NCBI GenBank assembly: GCA_016935395.1
Contig: JAFGQY010000110.1
Coordinates: forward strand, 1-37,589
Length of the DNA stretch: 37,589 bases
Direction of reading: 5' to 3'
Origin: Parachlamydiales bacterium
GTDB lineage: Bacteria > Chlamydiota > Chlamydiia > Chlamydiales > SM23-39
In this document: positions 35,507 through 37,589 of the stretch, piece by piece
Layout: every line of letters begins with the position of its first letter
Position numbering within the stretch: the first letter of the stretch is position 1
The notes under the pieces: model-generated
Told to the model about the DNA's origin: nothing
Database searches by the model: none
Seen by the model: only the letters and a program-made list of their open reading frames with translations
Program-made: the position numbers and the translations under genes

Positions 35507-37423
35507 TTAACTTGCCACAAAAGGAGATAATAATGCTTTTTTTATTTTTTCTAAAATTACTTTTTCTAAAAATTCAGAAATTTTTAATTCACCGCGTCTT
35601 ACATTGTCTCTTGTTCTAAGGTTGATGGTGTTGTTTTCCATTTCTTGATCTCCAACAGTTAGCATGTAATTTATTTTCAAAAGCTGAGCGTTTCTAATTT
35701 TTTTAGAAACAGATTCATTTGAATCATCAACGTCAACCGGAAGATTTGTTTTTTCAATAATCTCATTTTTAATTTTATGTGCATATTCATTATGTCTATC
35801 AGCAACCGGTATTATTCTAATTGCTCTTGGAGACAGCCAAAGAGGAAAATTTCCTGCAAAGTGTTCGATCAACACTCCAAAAAACCTTTCTATAGATCCA
35901 AATAAGGCTCTGTGGATCATAATAGGTCTTTTATGAGATCCATCCATATCGACATATTTTAAATCAAATTTTTCAGGAAGAGACATGTCTAACTGAATTG
36001 TTCCACATTGCCAATCCCTTTTTAAAGCATCTTGAATGTGAAGATCAATTTTAGGACCATAGAACGCTCCGTCTCCTTCATTAATTTTATAAGATTTTCC
36101 ATAATCATCTAAAGCGCCTTTAAGACCCTTAGTAGCTATTTCCCAATCCTGATCTGTTCCCATTGATTTTTCAGGTCTTGTTGAAAGCTCTAATTTATAA
36201 GAAAGACCAAAAGTCATATATATTTTCTCAGCGAGATCCAAAAGTTCCAAAATCTGATCTTTAATTTGGTTAGGTGTCATAAAAACATGAGCGTCATCTT
36301 GATGGAAAGATCTAACTCTAAAAAGACCATTTAAAGCTCCTGAAAATTCATGTCTGTGAACAAGGCCTATTTCTGAAACCTTTAGTGGAAACTCTTTATA
36401 GCTATGAACATTAGAACTATAATACAACATGCACCCAGGGCAGTTCATGGGCTTTATTGCAAACTCCCTATCTTCAATGGAAGTAATATACATATTTTCT
36501 TTGTAATAAAACCAGTGACCCGATCTTTCCCAAAGTTCTTTTGTTAAAATGATAGGTGTTTTGATTTCAATATAGTCTTTTTCTTTTAAGCACATGTTTA
36601 AAAATTCTAAAAGATTATTCCATATGTAAAGTCCTTTAGGAAAAATAAATGGCATTCCGGGAGCTTCTTCTTTTAAAGCAAAAAGATTCAGTTTTTGACC
36701 AAGCATTTTATGGTCTCGTTTTTTTGCCTCTTCTAAAAATGTTAAATAGTTTTGAAGCATCTGTTTGTCGGGAAAGGATATACCATAGATTCTTGTAAGC
36801 ATTTCATTTTTAGAATCTCCTTTCCAATAAGCTCCAGATGTTTTTGTAACTTTAAAAGCTTTTATTTTTGAAAGTATTGGTAAGTGAGGGCCTCTACAAA
36901 GATCTATAAACTCCCCTTGCTTATATGCCGATATTACCCCATCTTCAAATTCATTTATCAGAGCTGTTTTGTAGGGGTTATTTTTAAAAGCATCTATAGC
37001 CTCTTTTTTTGATCCAAACTCTTGTCTTATGGGTTTTAAAGATTCGGCTATTATTTTTTTTGCTTCTTTTTCTATTTTATCTAAGTCTTCTTCTGTAATT
37101 TTTAAATTTGCAAAGTCATAATAAAAGCCATTTTCAATAGATGGTCCTATTGTTGGTGAAGCATCCGGATAAAGTCTCATAACAGCTTGAGCTAAAACGT
37201 GAGCCGATGAATGCCAAAAAATTGACTGTCCTTCTTTGCTGTCAAAAGATAAAAATTTTACTTTATCTCCATCTTTTAAAATATGATGAAGATCAAGTGT
37301 TGTATCATTAACCGTCATAGCAATAGCATCTTTTGGAGAAGTCAATTTTAGCTTTTCAGCTAAAGTCAAGCCATTAGAATCTTTTTCTATTTCAACTTTT
37401 TTATCTTCAACATATACAAACAT
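35507..37423 (-). CDS. thrS: Threonine--tRNA ligase
   Basis: TGS domain, HSSAH, DLCRGPH, RDHK, KPMNCPG, GAFYGPKID, WQCGTIQLD, HRALFGSIERF. Confidence 0.99.
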   Translation of the reverse strand: MFVYVEDKKVEIEKDSNGLTLAEKLKLTSPKDAIAMTVNDTTLDLHHILKDGDKVKFLSFDSKEGQSIFWHSSAHVLAQAVMRLYPDASPTIGPSIENGFYYDFANLKITEEDLDKIEKEAKKIIAESLKPIRQEFGSKKEAIDAFKNNPYKTALINEFEDGVISAYKQGEFIDLCRGPHLPILSKIKAFKVTKTSGAYWKGDSKNEMLTRIYGISFPDKQMLQNYLTFLEEAKKRDHKMLGQKLNLFALKEEAPGMPFIFPKGLYIWNNLLEFLNMCLKEKDYIEIKTPIILTKELWERSGHWFYYKENMYITSIEDREFAIKPMNCPGCMLYYSSNVHSYKEFPLKVSEIGLVHRHEFSGALNGLFRVRSFHQDDAHVFMTPNQIKDQILELLDLAEKIYMTFGLSYKLELSTRPEKSMGTDQDWEIATKGLKGALDDYGKSYKINEGDGAFYGPKIDLHIQDALKRDWQCGTIQLDMSLPEKFDLKYVDMDGSHKRPIMIHRALFGSIERFFGVLIEHFAGNFPLWLSPRAIRIIPVADRHNEYAHKIKNEIIEKTNLPVDVDDSNESVSKKIRNAQLLKINYMLTVGDQEMENNTINLRTRDNVRRGELKISEFLEKVILEKIKKALLSPFVAS

Positions 37424-37589
37424 ATTTTCACCTGATTTTTTTTATGCAATTATAACTACATACATTTTACATCAAATGAGCCAAAGAAAAAAACTAAAAA
37501 TTTAAAATTAATTATTTTTCCATATGTTAAATTCTTTGCTAAAGAAAAAAGATATGATATATATTTTATTTTTTTGAAATAGAGTGACT

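Noticed and set aside
37505-37532. ATATGTTAAAT resembling the XerD arm of a dif site
   Set aside because: No plausible XerC arm; expected by chance in AT-rich DNA.

Overview
AT-rich chromosomal window from a member of the phylum Chlamydiota, most likely an environmental (non-Chlamydiaceae) lineage. The assignment rests on a ~715-aa GreA with a long N-terminal extension, a thrS-parA-pGP6-D-like block, an acetyltransferase-only GlmU next to ispA, the dus-yggT-hyp-hyp-MORN-ygfA...recA gene order and a glucokinase. The dominant feature is a 14-kb tandem array of 12 paralogous outer-membrane beta-barrel (MOMP-like / Lpg1974-type porin) genes at 11582-25604. The array is divided into terminator-promoter cassettes, the first six genes carry Cys/Pro-rich N-terminal arms, and paralog 3 looks like a recombinant chimera. 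Other highlights: an unannotated PilM-PilN-fusion (GspL-like) plus PilO/GspM-like gene pair; a cluster of 9 DnaA-box-like 9-mers beside tRNA-Pro(GGG) (candidate oriC); an MFS-HlyD-Rsm22/METTL17-like operon; and a YjbH-family CDS at 1-1908 that the ORF track missed. No CRISPR array, transposase, integrase or rRNA was seen. All family calls come from motifs recognised by eye; no searches were run.
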